Below, piece after piece: positions 34,401 to 35,670 of a stretch of DNA of 35,670 nucleotides; within the stretch, counting starts at the first letter, position 1, and the number at the start of each line of letters is the position of its first letter. The notes below the pieces were generated by a model, which saw nothing but the letters and a program-made list of their open reading frames with translations, made no database searches and was not told where the DNA came from. The translations under genes and the position numbers were made by a program. Source of the stretch: a virus (taxonomy: Duplodnaviria; Caudoviricetes); the IMG/VR virus record IMGVR_UViG_3300049712_000017, positions 1 to 35,670 of that record. One strand, 5' to 3'.

Positions 34401-34568
34401 TTATGTATCGTTAGCGTGCAATCTACACCTACGCTCATCAACTGTTATAAGAGTTACACGCACACCATTGATTGTTTCTGACTCAGAAACTCGATAGTGA
34501 CAATAGGCATAACGCCAACAATGAGCACAGATATTTACATGCCTTCTAATCCACTTTAGTAGACTCAT
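34401..34568 (-). CDS. Small Cys/His protein (55 aa)
   Basis: Not in the track: MSLLKWIRRHVNICAHCWRYAYCHYRV...CRLHANDT. ATGA coupling. Confidence 0.55.
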   Translation of the reverse strand: MSLLKWIRRHVNICAHCWRYAYCHYRVSESETINGVRVTLITVDERRCRLHANDT

Positions 34569-34726
34569 TTTGTGGCCCACAGTATGCCCAATGCGACTGC
34601 GATGATCATTGCCACGGCTGCAAGAAGGCCGTACTGAAAAAGTGTAGTGGCGATAACAACAAACATGAGGATTAGGCCAACAAAGTATAGGCCCAATACA
34701 GCGAGATGACCAAGGAACTCTAGCAT
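34565..34726 (-). CDS. Small membrane protein (53 aa)
   Basis: Not in the track: MLEFLGHLAVLGLYFVGLILMFVVIATTLFQYGLLAAVAMIIAVALGILWATK. Confidence 0.65.
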   Translation of the reverse strand: MLEFLGHLAVLGLYFVGLILMFVVIATTLFQYGLLAAVAMIIAVALGILWATK

Positions 34727-34727
34727 T

Positions 34728-35048
34728 TCATTTCTTTGCTTTCTCTAGCAATTCTCTACCCTTTTGATGAGGGCACTTCTCTCCTGGCCGTAATGACAGG
34801 TATCCATGCGCTTGGCAGCCACCATGATGATCGAACCAACACTCATCTTCGTCCACCAAATCTCTAACGATATTCAGCAACTTTTCGTTGTAGACAGCAT
34901 CATCTTCAAGCACTACGGCTTTTATTTCGTGGTAGTCACCTTCATAAGTATAGGTGGCAGAAATGGGTTCTTCTCCATCATCTAGTTCGATGAACACCTT
35001 TGAGCGGTCCCTATTTCGAACTCTCTTAGCAACCAGTCGTCGCGTCAC
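34728..35048 (-). CDS. Hypothetical protein with a Cys/His cluster
   Basis: 'CWFDHHGGCQAHG.......CPH'. Confidence 0.65.
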   Translation of the reverse strand: MTRRLVAKRVRNRDRSKVFIELDDGEEPISATYTYEGDYHEIKAVVLEDDAVYNEKLLNIVRDLVDEDECWFDHHGGCQAHGYLSLRPGEKCPHQKGRELLEKAKK

Positions 35049-35386
35049 TTAACTCTAAAGCCCTTTGCTTTTTCAGCAATTTGCTCCCTAGTTTTAGGAA
35101 CGCCAGCAGCCCAACTAGGATTGCACTCTTCAACGTAATCGGCTGCATCGAGAAGGGCATATGCGAGTTCACGCATTGTAATGACGTTGGCAGTCCTGAC
35201 ATGTATGGGCCATGATATGTCAGAAAAAGAGGGATGACGTTCATTCCCCACTGCAAGATCGACAAGACGATCCAGCCCTCTAGCCGTAACCTTTAGGTCA
35301 GGTCTGACTTCCCACTCTTTGGTGTTGGCATGTCGTAGATCATGTGCGATCTTCCATGCATCAATTTTTGTAGATTTTCTAGTCAT
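35045..35386 (-). CDS. Hypothetical protein
   Basis: 113 aa ORF overlapping both neighbours. Confidence 0.65.
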   Translation of the reverse strand: MTRKSTKIDAWKIAHDLRHANTKEWEVRPDLKVTARGLDRLVDLAVGNERHPSFSDISWPIHVRTANVITMRELAYALLDAADYVEECNPSWAAGVPKTREQIAEKAKGFRVK

Positions 35387-35567
35387 TTGTAAGTTCCTGA
35401 CTATTCACAAACGCTTCAATGTCTGCGCCGAGGTACCTTCGGTGACCGCCAGGTGTCTTGAAGTATCTGATTTTTCCTTCTTTGGCCCATCGCCTTATGG
35501 TAGGAGTCTTCACTTTGAAGATTTTTGCTACTTCTGACGGAGTTAAAAGCACATCTTGAACGATCAT
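35379..35567 (-). CDS. bldC: BldC-family (MerR/Xis-like HTH_17) regulator
   Basis: LLTPSEVAKIFKV...TIRRWAKEGKI...KTPGGHRRY closely follows my recollection of Streptomyces BldC (LLTPAEVA..F.V...TV.RWA..GK....T.GGHRRY). Confidence 0.75.
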   Translation of the reverse strand: MIVQDVLLTPSEVAKIFKVKTPTIRRWAKEGKIRYFKTPGGHRRYLGADIEAFVNSQELTND

Positions 35568-35575
35568 GAGTCGGT

Positions 35576-35604
35576 ACTGTACTCGGTGGGGGTCACTTTG
35601 TCAA
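35576..35604 (-). promoter_or_regulatory. Sigma-70/SigA-type promoter for the bldC-like operon
   Basis: TTGACA-N17-TACAGT, 8 nt before the ATG. Confidence 0.7.
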
Positions 35605-35670
35605 GGATTTTTCTTCAAAAACTCAGATTTTCACCCAAACTGGATAGGTGTATGCCGCAAAACCTACGAA

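Noticed and set aside
25300-34700. Stop-codon reassignment or pseudogene decay explaining the many short ORFs
   Set aside because: Long genes read intact in the standard code and use all three stops. The short ORFs show RBSs and ATGA/TAATG coupling.
1-35670. CRISPR array, tRNA genes, DGR/retron, integrase, IS elements, introns/inteins
   Set aside because: I saw no regularly spaced repeats, cloverleafs, RT/integrase/transposase motifs or oversized interrupted genes by eye. tRNAscan-SE and HMM searches would be needed to be certain.

Overview
A fragment of a tailed dsDNA phage genome. Morphology is siphovirus-type: tail tube, tail assembly chaperones joined by a -1 frameshift, the start of a tape measure gene, and no sheath in the window. 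The host is probably an actinomycete, because the window encodes a BldC-like regulator, an Rpf-type transglycosylase, an r1t-type holin and a GPGG-motif membrane protein. Bases 1-19.4 kb are the minus-strand packaging, head and tail module, with an unusual block of fibre-like genes between the capsid and the head-tail connector. Bases 19.4-35.7 kb are accessory/early genes: a RusA-like resolvase, secreted Rpf, holin, low-affinity iron permease, HU, a PARP-type Zn finger, two orphan DNA methyltransferases, an orphan MbcA/ParS-type antitoxin domain and many small ORFs. The most striking observation is about 12-14 otherwise dissimilar small ORFs, often Cys-rich, across 25.8-34.4 kb that all carry a P-x-[T/S]-W motif, usually followed by hydrophobic residues. 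Also notable are a sigma-28/WhiG-like motif 6-10 nt upstream of many late start codons and a candidate structured ncRNA at 27.8-27.9 kb. All calls come from reading the sequence by eye; no database searches were run.
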